This document shows, piece by piece, positions 28,817-38,142 of a stretch of DNA of 64,000 nt (position 1 is the stretch's first letter; each line of letters opens with the position of its first letter). Position numbers and translations under genes: made by a program. The stretch comes from a virus. Its lineage: Duplodnaviria; Heunggongvirae; Uroviricota; Caudoviricetes. The notes under the pieces were generated by a model that was not told the DNA's origin, searched no databases, and worked only from the letters and a program-made list of their open reading frames with translations. The stretch lies in IMG/VR virus record IMGVR_UViG_3300011115_000934, positions 97,983-161,982 of that record; one strand, 5' to 3'.

Positions 28817-30259
28817 ATGAAAGAAAAATTTCGTTATGTTAAGAAAGAGGATCGTAAGAAGATTCTTTTGTTATGCGATGATATTAGGATGCATTCCGGT
28901 ATCGCAACAATGGCCAGAGAGATTGTAGTAGGAACATCTCACCACTTTAATTGGATCAACCTAGGAGCAGCAATCAACCATCCAGAAGCAGGAAAGGGAT
29001 TTGACATCTCAGCTGAGGTAAACAAATTAACAGGAATAGAGGACTCAGATGTAAAAGTTCTTCCTAACAATGGTTATGGAGATGCAATGCAAGTTAGAGC
29101 TTTAATTGCCCAAGAACAACCAGATGCAATCTTTATCTTTACAGATCCAAGATACTGGGTATGGTTATTTGAAATAGAAAGAGAGATCAGAAATGAAATT
29201 CCTTTGATGTATTTAAACATTTGGGATGACTATCCAGCACCTCTTTACAATAAACCTTACTACGAGTCATGTGATTTGTTAATGGCAATTTCAAAACAAA
29301 CTAAAAATATTAATGAAATAGTTTTAGGAGAACAAGCAAAAGATAAAATCATTAAGTACGTTCCTCATGGAATAAATGATGAGCACTTCTTTCCAATGAC
29401 TTCGGTAGATCAATTGGAAGCATTAGGTGAGTTTAGAAAAAATTTATTCCAAGGAAAGGATATTGAATTCGTAGCATTCTTCAACTCAAGAAACATCAGA
29501 AGAAAATCTCCAGGAGATGTAATTCTTTCTTATAGAATGTTCTGTGATTTAATCGGAGAAGAAAAAGCTAAGAAGTGCGCTTTAGTAATGCATACACAAG
29601 CTGTAGACGAAAATGGTACAGACCTTTATGCAGTAAGAGAGGCAGTGTGTGATGACAGTTATGTAAATGTATTCTTCTCACAAGAAAGATTAGACACACC
29701 TCAAATTAATCTACTTTACAATATAGCAGATGTGGGATTACTTATTACTTCCAATGAAGGATGGGGATTATCTTTAACTGAAACTATGATGGCAGGTAAA
29801 ATGATTATTGCCAACGTAACAGGAGGTATGCAGGATCAAATGAGATTTACAGACGAGAACGGTAAGTGGATTGACTTCACTCCTGACTTCCCTTCTAACC
29901 ATAGAGGAACATATAAAGAGTGTGGAGAATGGGCAGTACCTGTGTTTCCTTCAAACATTTCAATGGTAGGTTCAGTTCCAACTCCTTACATCTTTGATGA
30001 TAGATGTGCACCAGAAGATGTAGCAAAAGCTTTAGAACAAGTTTACAACTTAGGAAAAGAAGAAAGAGATAGAAGAGGTGCAGCAGCTAGGGAATGGGTA
30101 ACTTCAGATGAATCAGGAATGTCAGCACGTCAAATGTGTGAGAATGTAATTGATTCAATGGATGAAACATTTGAAAAGTTTACTCCAAGATCTAGATTTG
30201 ATCTAATAAAAGTAACAGACAGACCAAAAAAATATATCACACATAAATTAATATACTAG
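28817..30259 (+). CDS. glycosyltransferase family 4-like (GT-B)
   Basis: EGWGLSLTETMMAGKMIIA = E-x7-E/GT1 signature. Confidence 0.7.
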   Translation: MKEKFRYVKKEDRKKILLLCDDIRMHSGIATMAREIVVGTSHHFNWINLGAAINHPEAGKGFDISAEVNKLTGIEDSDVKVLPNNGYGDAMQVRALIAQEQPDAIFIFTDPRYWVWLFEIEREIRNEIPLMYLNIWDDYPAPLYNKPYYESCDLLMAISKQTKNINEIVLGEQAKDKIIKYVPHGINDEHFFPMTSVDQLEALGEFRKNLFQGKDIEFVAFFNSRNIRRKSPGDVILSYRMFCDLIGEEKAKKCALVMHTQAVDENGTDLYAVREAVCDDSYVNVFFSQERLDTPQINLLYNIADVGLLITSNEGWGLSLTETMMAGKMIIANVTGGMQDQMRFTDENGKWIDFTPDFPSNHRGTYKECGEWAVPVFPSNISMVGSVPTPYIFDDRCAPEDVAKALEQVYNLGKEERDRRGAAAREWVTSDESGMSARQMCENVIDSMDETFEKFTPRSRFDLIKVTDRPKKYITHKLIY

Positions 30260-30261
30260 TT

Positions 30262-31548
30262 ATGAGTAAACCTACATTAGTAGTAAGCTGTCCAATCGAC
30301 ACTTACTCAGGATATGGAGCAAGAGCAAGAGATTTTGTACAATCAATTATAGATTTAGATAAGTACGATGTAAAAATATTGGGACAGAGATGGGGAGGAA
30401 CTAGATTTGGGTACTTAAAGGATCATGGAAACACTTCGTTAGCCTCAAGAATCATTCTACAACTAACACAACAACCAGACATTTGGATTCAAATCACAGT
30501 ACCAAATGAATTTCAAAAGGTTGGTAAGTATAACATTGGAGTAACAGCAGGAATTGAAACTACACTTTGTGATCCTTCTTGGATTCAAGGATGCAACAAC
30601 ATGGACTTGGTACTGGCATCAGCACAGCATGCTAAGAAAGTATTTGAAGAAAGTAAATTCAATATGCAAGATAATCAAACTGGACAAGTAACAGGTACAG
30701 TTGAGTTAAAAACAAAAGTAGAGGTTTTATTTGAAGGAGCTGACATAGAGAAGTATGCACCATTAGCATTACCAACTAAACTAGATCTTTCAAATATAGA
30801 GGAGCAGTTCTGCTTCCTAACAGTAGGACACTGGCTTCCAGGAGCATTAGGAGAGGATAGAAAGAATATAGGATACACTATTAAAGCATTCTTAGAAACA
30901 TTTAAGAATAAGAAAGCAGGACCTGCACTTATCTTAAAAGTACAAGCAGGATCAGGAACCTCTATTATGGATAGAGATGAGGTGTTAAATAGAATTGATT
31001 CAATCAGAAAGACAGTAAAAGGAAAATTACCAAACGTTTACCTGTTACATGGGGATATGTCTGATGCAGAAGTTAATGAACTATACAATCACGGTAAAGT
31101 AAAGGCAATGATCTCCTTAACAAAAGGAGAAGGATTTGGAAGACCCCTACTAGAATTCAGTTTAGTAAACAAACCAATCATAGCCTCAGGATGGTCAGGT
31201 CATATTGATTTCTTAGATAATCAATTCACTAAACAAATAGGAGGAACTCTGAATAATATACACCCATCAGCTGTAATTGATAAAATGATTTTAGCAGAGA
31301 GTCAGTGGTTCAGACCAGATGATGCTCTTGTAGGAAAGGCTTTGAAGGATGTGTTTGAGGATTACAAAGTTTATAAGGAATTAGCAAAGAGACAAGGACA
31401 TAGGTCTAGAACACAATTCTCGTATAATAAGATGAGAGAAACGCTAGATACTCTTCTAACACAATACATTCCTGAGTTTCCTAAGCAAGTTCAACTTAAA
31501 CTACCAACACTTAAGAAAATAGAACTACCAAAATTAAAAAAGATATAA
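30262..31548 (+). CDS. glycosyltransferase family 4-like (GT-B)
   Basis: EGFGRPLLEFSLVNKPIIA signature. Confidence 0.65.
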   Translation: MSKPTLVVSCPIDTYSGYGARARDFVQSIIDLDKYDVKILGQRWGGTRFGYLKDHGNTSLASRIILQLTQQPDIWIQITVPNEFQKVGKYNIGVTAGIETTLCDPSWIQGCNNMDLVLASAQHAKKVFEESKFNMQDNQTGQVTGTVELKTKVEVLFEGADIEKYAPLALPTKLDLSNIEEQFCFLTVGHWLPGALGEDRKNIGYTIKAFLETFKNKKAGPALILKVQAGSGTSIMDRDEVLNRIDSIRKTVKGKLPNVYLLHGDMSDAEVNELYNHGKVKAMISLTKGEGFGRPLLEFSLVNKPIIASGWSGHIDFLDNQFTKQIGGTLNNIHPSAVIDKMILAESQWFRPDDALVGKALKDVFEDYKVYKELAKRQGHRSRTQFSYNKMRETLDTLLTQYIPEFPKQVQLKLPTLKKIELPKLKKI

Positions 31549-32006
31549 TGGAAGAAAAAATGTCAATCTGTCCACATTGTGGAGGAAATGCTTGCTATGA
31601 ACAGCAAGTAAGCGAAGAAGTAACAACGAGCTTTTGCTTTGGTTGTGGATATTCAACTTCAACTCTAATGGTTGAGGGAGGAGAATTAGTAACCAAAACA
31701 CTAGAAGCATCACCGGAACTATATAAAGATCTTATGTTTATAAGTGAAGATAAAAAAGTTTGGTTCCCTTCAACAGTTACTCTTCCAAATAAAGGAATGG
31801 TATTCTTAGATGGAAATTCTAAAGACAGTTGGAAGTGGGCTGCAGTAAGCTCTATAGAGATTCTAGAAGAAGAGAAAGCAAAGTTCCCAAAAGGTCAGAC
31901 AACAAAAATGGATATGAAAAATATCAAACATTTTGACAAAGAAGACTTCATGGAAGCATTAGATGCTATCAACTTTTTTGATGTAGAAGTTGCAGAATCA
32001 AAATAG
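31548..32006 (+). CDS. zinc-ribbon protein
   Basis: CPHCGG...CFGCG. Confidence 0.45.
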   Translation: MEEKMSICPHCGGNACYEQQVSEEVTTSFCFGCGYSTSTLMVEGGELVTKTLEASPELYKDLMFISEDKKVWFPSTVTLPNKGMVFLDGNSKDSWKWAAVSSIEILEEEKAKFPKGQTTKMDMKNIKHFDKEDFMEALDAINFFDVEVAESK

Positions 32007-32024
32007 ATTTCGTATATTAATAGT

Positions 32025-32639
32025 ATGAAAATAAGTTATGCAATAACAGTTTGTAATGAATTGGAGGAAGTGAAAAGACTAGTCAACTTCCTCCTTTCCA
32101 ACAAACGAGAAGAGGATGAGATAGTAATACTTCTTGACCATTCAAATGGAAAAGATGAGGTATACAGGTACCTACTAACACTTCCAACCGAAGTACAGTG
32201 TAATAGAGATACATTCCAAGGACACTTTGCTGATTGGAAAAATCAACTAAACTCATACTGCAGTGGAGATTATATCTTCCAGATAGATGCTGATGAGATT
32301 CCTCATATCAATCTAATACAAAACCTACCTGAAATGCTGAAGACTAATGATGTCGATATGCTTAGAATCCCTAGAGTAAATACTGTAGAGGGCTTAACTC
32401 AAGAGCATATACAGAAGTGGGGATGGAATGTAAATGAAAAAGGATGGGTTAACTGGGCCGATTGGCAAATGAGAATATACAAGAATGCTCCTCACATTAA
32501 GTGGGTTAATAAAGTACATGAAGTATTAGAAGGATTTAAGATACACGGAATGCTTCCACCGGAAGAGGAATGGGCTTTATATCATCCAAAGACAATCGAC
32601 AGACAAGAGAAGCAGAATAATTATTACAACACTTTATAA
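32025..32639 (+). CDS. GT-A fold glycosyltransferase (family 2-like)
   Basis: N-terminal ISYAITVCNE..., DADE (DxD) motif. Confidence 0.55.
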   Translation: MKISYAITVCNELEEVKRLVNFLLSNKREEDEIVILLDHSNGKDEVYRYLLTLPTEVQCNRDTFQGHFADWKNQLNSYCSGDYIFQIDADEIPHINLIQNLPEMLKTNDVDMLRIPRVNTVEGLTQEHIQKWGWNVNEKGWVNWADWQMRIYKNAPHIKWVNKVHEVLEGFKIHGMLPPEEEWALYHPKTIDRQEKQNNYYNTL

Positions 32640-32647
32640 AATCAGTT

Positions 32648-33958
32648 ATGGATAGTATTTTAAATTTAGTACAAGAGTACATTACAAAAAAAGACAGTGA
32701 GAAGAAATGGGTAGCAGGAGAGGACTTAGTCCAATATGCAGGGCCTTACTTCGATGGCCAAGAAGCTCAGGCAGTTGTTAGGACTATGCTTGAAGGTTGG
32801 TTAGTTTTAGGAAAAGAAGGAGCAATGTTTGAAAGACGTTTCCCTAAGAAGCTAGGACAAAAGACTGGAGTTATTGTTAATAGTGGCTCAAGTGCTAATC
32901 TACTAATGATGTTAGCCTTAACATCTAAGAGAGGATTAAACCTACCAAAAGGTACAAAAGTAATTACTCCAATAGCAGGATTCCCAGCTACACTTAGTCC
33001 AACAATTCAAGTAGGCTTTACGCCAATATTTGTTGATATTGAATTAGAATCTCTAAACTTAGATCTAGATCAAGTAGAGCAAGCATGCATTGATCATCCA
33101 GATGCAAAGATAATTACTTTTGCTCACGTATTAGGTAATCCACCTAACATGGATCGATTAATGGAAATCGTAAACAAATACAATTTAATATTACTAGAAG
33201 ACTGCTGTGATGCTTTAGGAACAACTTACGATGGAAAGATGTTAGGATCATTTGGTAAAATGTCTTCATGTTCATTCTATCCAGCACACCACATTACAAT
33301 GGGTGAGGGAGGATTTGTAGCTTGTGGAGATGCTCATACAGAAAAGATTTTAAGAAGCTTTAGAGACTGGGGTAGAGGATGTTTCTGTCAAGGTAAAGCA
33401 AATGCTTTAGAATGTGGTTCCTGTGGAATAAGATTTAGTAACTGGTTGCCAAGTTTACCTAATGAGATCTTTGATCACAAATATACTTACGAAGAGATTG
33501 GTTACAACTTAAAGCCAACTGAGTTACAAGCAGCAATGGGTAATGTTCAGTTAGGTAAGTTGGAAGAGATTGGAGTACTAAGAAGAAGAAATCATAAAGC
33601 AATTGTTGATATCTTTAAAAAGTATGAGGACAAATTCATACTACCAAAGGCTACAGCTAAGTCAGATCCAGATTGGTTTGCAGTTGCATTAACACTAAGA
33701 GATGGAGTAGGGTTTACGAGATCTGAATTCTGCCAATACCTAGAGGCAAATAAGATTCAAACAAGACCATACTTCGCAGGTAACATTATGCTACAGCCAG
33801 GATACTCTCACTTAATTGATTCGAAAGAAGTAATAGAGAAGTTCCCAGTATCGAGAAAAGTAACAACAGATACTTTCTTCTTAGGATGCTCTCCAATTAT
33901 TACATTAGAACAAATTGAATATATTGGAACGATTGTAGACAAATTCTTCAACAAATAG
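32648..33958 (+). CDS. PMP-dependent NDP-4-keto-6-deoxyhexose 3-dehydrase (E1/DdhC-like) with Fe-S Cys motif
   Basis: DegT/AHBA-synthase fold; His replaces the Schiff-base Lys (SFYPAHHITMGEGG); CFC-x8-C-x2-C cluster (GRGCFCQGKANALECGSCG) like the E1 C-x-C-x7-C motif. Confidence 0.7.
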   Translation: MDSILNLVQEYITKKDSEKKWVAGEDLVQYAGPYFDGQEAQAVVRTMLEGWLVLGKEGAMFERRFPKKLGQKTGVIVNSGSSANLLMMLALTSKRGLNLPKGTKVITPIAGFPATLSPTIQVGFTPIFVDIELESLNLDLDQVEQACIDHPDAKIITFAHVLGNPPNMDRLMEIVNKYNLILLEDCCDALGTTYDGKMLGSFGKMSSCSFYPAHHITMGEGGFVACGDAHTEKILRSFRDWGRGCFCQGKANALECGSCGIRFSNWLPSLPNEIFDHKYTYEEIGYNLKPTELQAAMGNVQLGKLEEIGVLRRRNHKAIVDIFKKYEDKFILPKATAKSDPDWFAVALTLRDGVGFTRSEFCQYLEANKIQTRPYFAGNIMLQPGYSHLIDSKEVIEKFPVSRKVTTDTFFLGCSPIITLEQIEYIGTIVDKFFNK

Positions 33959-33959
33959 T

Positions 33960-34940
33960 ATGAGGATAGCATTTATGACAGAGATGGGGTTTGAGGGAAA
34001 GGTTCCCTCTAACCACTCTAACATGCGAACTGAGTTTGCTTGGATGCATACATTGGATGCTGACCACAAACACATATACAACTACAAAGAAGTAAAAGGC
34101 TATGATCACATCTTTATTATTTTTCCTAAAGGAAGAGTGTACTTAGATGCCTGTGGAAGTAGGTTAGTGGATCAAGTAAATCCTGTATCGGGATTACTAG
34201 CTTCAAATATAGTAGAGCAACTAAAACAGTATAACAAGAAAGTTTACATAGTACAAGAAGGTCCTCACTGGTTATGGAATGACTATGAGATGGCTGATCA
34301 GATTGAATTCTACAACATGCTTACATCTTCAGATGGTATCTTTGCACACAATGAACATGACGTAAAATACTATAAAGGAATGTTTCCTAACGTACCTGTG
34401 CACGTTATGCCTACTCTAATGATTGATTCTATAGTACAAGACATTCAACCTGTTACAGAGGAGAAAGTTATTATAGGAGGAAACTTTGCTAGATGGTATG
34501 GAGGAATGGAAAGCTTCACAGTAGCACAAAGATTACAAGTTCCAATATGGGGACAGACATCTCACGCAATGAGAGATGGAGAGGATCAATTAGTAAATCA
34601 TCTACCAAGAGTTATGTGGACAGATTGGATGAAACAACTAAGTTCATTCAAGTATGCTGTACATCTTATGCCAACCATAGCAGCAGGAACGTTTAGTTTA
34701 AATTGTGCTTACTTTGGTATTCCTTGTATAGGAAATGAGAAAGTAGACACACAAAGATTATGTCATCCAGACCTAGCAGTTGACGTAGAGGATGTAGATA
34801 AAGCAGCAATGCTGGCTGAAAGGCTGAGTTATGATGAAGAGTTCTACCAAGAGTGCAGCAAAACAGCTCAGGAGAATTATAAAAAATACTACAGCCAAGA
34901 GTTGTTTAAACAGAAAATAAATAGTATAATAGTATTATGA
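33960..34940 (+). CDS. hypothetical protein (sugar-island)
   Basis: 326 aa, no motif recognised. Confidence 0.5.
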   Translation: MRIAFMTEMGFEGKVPSNHSNMRTEFAWMHTLDADHKHIYNYKEVKGYDHIFIIFPKGRVYLDACGSRLVDQVNPVSGLLASNIVEQLKQYNKKVYIVQEGPHWLWNDYEMADQIEFYNMLTSSDGIFAHNEHDVKYYKGMFPNVPVHVMPTLMIDSIVQDIQPVTEEKVIIGGNFARWYGGMESFTVAQRLQVPIWGQTSHAMRDGEDQLVNHLPRVMWTDWMKQLSSFKYAVHLMPTIAAGTFSLNCAYFGIPCIGNEKVDTQRLCHPDLAVDVEDVDKAAMLAERLSYDEEFYQECSKTAQENYKKYYSQELFKQKINSIIVL

Positions 34941-37318
34941 TAGTACAAATAACAATGGTTAGGAATGAAAAATTCCTAATAGAAAAACTACTTCCTATAT
35001 GGACAAAATATGCAGATGGCTTTGTATTTTTAGTTGATACCTCCAATGATGGAACAGAGGAGTTTCTTAGAGAAGCAGCTAAGCAGTATAACATTCTGGA
35101 TATAATAGTTCAAGAAGCAGACGATAATACTTTATGGGTAGCTTCGGAAGTAAGACAAAAAATGTTTGACACAGCTAAGCAGTATACAAATAAGATAGTA
35201 TGTCTAGATGCAGATGAATATTTTGACGGTTCCATGACTAAAGAGGAATTAGAAAACACATTAGACTCACACCAAGATACCCTATTTGATCTGAGATGGG
35301 TTCAGTACACATCTACTAATACTATCAGAGTTGATGGCCCTTGGAAAAATAACACAAAAGGTAGGATAGGAGTGTTCAATAAAGAATACACCTTCAGGTA
35401 TGACACAATGCATGCAACTCACTTACCAATCCCACAGAACCAATACATGTTTCCTGAAGAGAGTTTGTTTATAGCTCATCTACAGTGGTTAGATAGAAAC
35501 ATAGTCGGAATAAAGCAGTACTGCTATAAAGTGCAAGACTATGCAAGTCATGTTAAGTTTGGAGCTAATGTTGTAGAAAAGGAGGCGTATGATGCTTCTA
35601 TAAATGATTTTAATTGGGAAGAGGAGTACTACAACTATCCACTTAAAATACAAGAAGACATTTACGAACACATGATTAATGGAGACTACTATAGAACAGA
35701 TATCATAAAACAGTATACAAAAGAATTAGATATTCCAAATTTAGGAGATTGGGGATTGAATATTCACGATAGTGTTCCAATGTACTTCTGTACAGGTGCA
35801 GATGAAAAGCACTATCCACTTCTACTAAATATGATAGGAAGTATTCATAAATATAACTTTTACGATACTGTAGAGATTAGAATATACGATTTAGGATTAA
35901 ATGAGAGACAGAAACAAGAACTGAAGAACCTAAAGAAAGTTAACATATACCAAGTAGAACAAACTAACTCAGAAATATTAAAAGATGTCCAGACAAATCC
36001 AACTAGATTTGTTAAAGGACTGTTCTCATGGAAACCAGTTCTAATAAAGGACTCACTGGACCACTGTCCGTACGTTCTATACCTAGATGCTGGAACTGAG
36101 ATAAGAAAGCCTTTGAATAGTTTATTTAAACATATAATTCAAAATAAGTATCTGTTTTTTGATTGTGGACATTCAATAAGATGGATGAGTACAGATTATA
36201 ATATTCAAAGTTTGGATCTACAATCTAAAGAAAATTCTTGGATACTTAAAGACGATACCTTTGGAGTTGATGCTGGGTTTATGGGCTTGTCGAGAGAAGT
36301 CTATGATGAGTTTGTACTACCTATGTATGAGCTATCTAAAAATCTTAAAAACTTCGAAGACAATGGTTCTTGCCCTGATGGATGGGGTTCAGGGAGACAC
36401 GACCAAACACTGTTTAGTATATTAGCTAGAAAACTAAACTATAGTATTATAGCAAGTAAGGATGATTACAAGGACTGTAAGTTAGTAGTAGATGGAAAGG
36501 ATATAGAATTTCACATTACTCATGCTAGAGCAGATGTTAAAGACAGTACAGTTGTCTATAGATCTAGGTGGGATTTGTCCTATAGTAAGTACAAAGACAA
36601 TGTAGCATCTATAAAAAGGGATTATATACTTTCTGTAATAACTGCTATAGGAAGTCTTAGTAAGTATGAGAAATTCTTAGAACAATACTTTGAGAATATA
36701 TTACAGCAAATAGGTTTCTCAAGATTTGAATTTATAATAGTATACAGTGAGTGGAGTAGTATTTTTGATAAGTACACTAACTATGTAAATATTAAGTTCG
36801 TAAAAGAAGATCAGCAGAAAGGAGTATACAATGCTTGGAACATAGGAATACTTAATTCAACTACAGAATACATTACAAACTGGAACGTAGATGACATCAG
36901 ATTTGATATCAGCACCATTACAAAGTACCATGCACTTTCTAAAAATATAAATACAGATTTAGCATACAGCTACTATATAGGAATAGATGAGAGTGAAATA
37001 GGCATAGTTGACCTGAATGAGCAGCAATATATTGAGTACCCTGACAATTTTCACGAGCAGGCCCTATCGATGTGTATGGCAGGTCCTGATCCAATGTGGA
37101 GAAAATCTACTCACATATTTTATGGATACTTTGATTATACCAACTATAGTATAATAGGAGATTGGGAAATGTGGGTACGGATGGCTAAGAATGGATTAAC
37201 CTTCACACTACTTCCTTACGTATTAGGTGTCTATGTAGATCACAAGGACACAGTTAGTAAGAGTAGTGAGGAAAAAGTGGAACAACAAAAACAAAACTTA
37301 CGAAGACAGTATACGTAA
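34937..37318 (+). CDS. 793-aa multidomain glycosyltransferase (several GT-A-like modules)
   Basis: N-terminal GT2-like segment (VFLVDTSNDGT, DADE) and further nucleotide-diphospho-sugar-transferase-like segments. Confidence 0.55.
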   Translation: MIVQITMVRNEKFLIEKLLPIWTKYADGFVFLVDTSNDGTEEFLREAAKQYNILDIIVQEADDNTLWVASEVRQKMFDTAKQYTNKIVCLDADEYFDGSMTKEELENTLDSHQDTLFDLRWVQYTSTNTIRVDGPWKNNTKGRIGVFNKEYTFRYDTMHATHLPIPQNQYMFPEESLFIAHLQWLDRNIVGIKQYCYKVQDYASHVKFGANVVEKEAYDASINDFNWEEEYYNYPLKIQEDIYEHMINGDYYRTDIIKQYTKELDIPNLGDWGLNIHDSVPMYFCTGADEKHYPLLLNMIGSIHKYNFYDTVEIRIYDLGLNERQKQELKNLKKVNIYQVEQTNSEILKDVQTNPTRFVKGLFSWKPVLIKDSLDHCPYVLYLDAGTEIRKPLNSLFKHIIQNKYLFFDCGHSIRWMSTDYNIQSLDLQSKENSWILKDDTFGVDAGFMGLSREVYDEFVLPMYELSKNLKNFEDNGSCPDGWGSGRHDQTLFSILARKLNYSIIASKDDYKDCKLVVDGKDIEFHITHARADVKDSTVVYRSRWDLSYSKYKDNVASIKRDYILSVITAIGSLSKYEKFLEQYFENILQQIGFSRFEFIIVYSEWSSIFDKYTNYVNIKFVKEDQQKGVYNAWNIGILNSTTEYITNWNVDDIRFDISTITKYHALSKNINTDLAYSYYIGIDESEIGIVDLNEQQYIEYPDNFHEQALSMCMAGPDPMWRKSTHIFYGYFDYTNYSIIGDWEMWVRMAKNGLTFTLLPYVLGVYVDHKDTVSKSSEEKVEQQKQNLRRQYT

Positions 37319-37331
37319 CAAACTATAGCTT

Positions 37332-38126
37332 ATGCAAAAAAATAAACTAAAAGTAGCAGTTTGCCTAAGTGGAGAAGTGCGCCACTTTACTCACGACCTT
37401 GTTGTAGAAGGTTTTCAAAAATACATACAAACTTGGAACCCTGATATATTTATCTCAACTTGGGACCACTTAGGTAGGTCAATGAATCATGAGTATATTT
37501 CACCAAGAGAATTAAAAGAGCAGCAAGAAGACTTAGAACTCTACATAAAACAGATCTACCCAGGAATTAAATCAGTTGAGATAGAAAACTACAATAGGTG
37601 GATAGATCACATGCCAAAAGACGAATATAACCTAGCCTATTCAGACCTATACTTCTCAAGGACAATTAATAGTTATACACAATTGTACAAAATATACAAA
37701 GCTAATAATTTAAAGATTTGTTATGAAAAAGAACAAGGGATCAAATATGATATTGTACTTCGTGTTAGACCTGATAACTTATTTATAAGACCACTCGCTC
37801 TAGAGGAAGTGCGGCAAAAAACTATCTACAATGTAAATCTAGGAGGTGAGGCTTACTACCCTAATCGCATCTATGATATGTTCTTTTATGGTGGAAGTAG
37901 TGAAATGGATATATTATGCAACTCTTATTTAAAATATAAAGAACTGCTATACTCACCTTTTAACAATGGACTCTGCCCTAGAGATACCTGCAGACTACTC
38001 TACCTACAGGCAACCAACTCAGGACTAAGTGTTGAATCAACTAAAGATAGGTCCTGTGATATATACAGAGGACAGACCTTTGAAGAGTACTACAACCTAT
38101 TGCAGAGTTGGGGAGGATTAGATTAA
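37332..38126 (+). CDS. hypothetical protein (sugar-island)
   Basis: 264-aa ORF. Confidence 0.5.
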   Translation: MQKNKLKVAVCLSGEVRHFTHDLVVEGFQKYIQTWNPDIFISTWDHLGRSMNHEYISPRELKEQQEDLELYIKQIYPGIKSVEIENYNRWIDHMPKDEYNLAYSDLYFSRTINSYTQLYKIYKANNLKICYEKEQGIKYDIVLRVRPDNLFIRPLALEEVRQKTIYNVNLGGEAYYPNRIYDMFFYGGSSEMDILCNSYLKYKELLYSPFNNGLCPRDTCRLLYLQATNSGLSVESTKDRSCDIYRGQTFEEYYNLLQSWGGLD

Positions 38127-38142
38127 TATAAACACATAAAAA

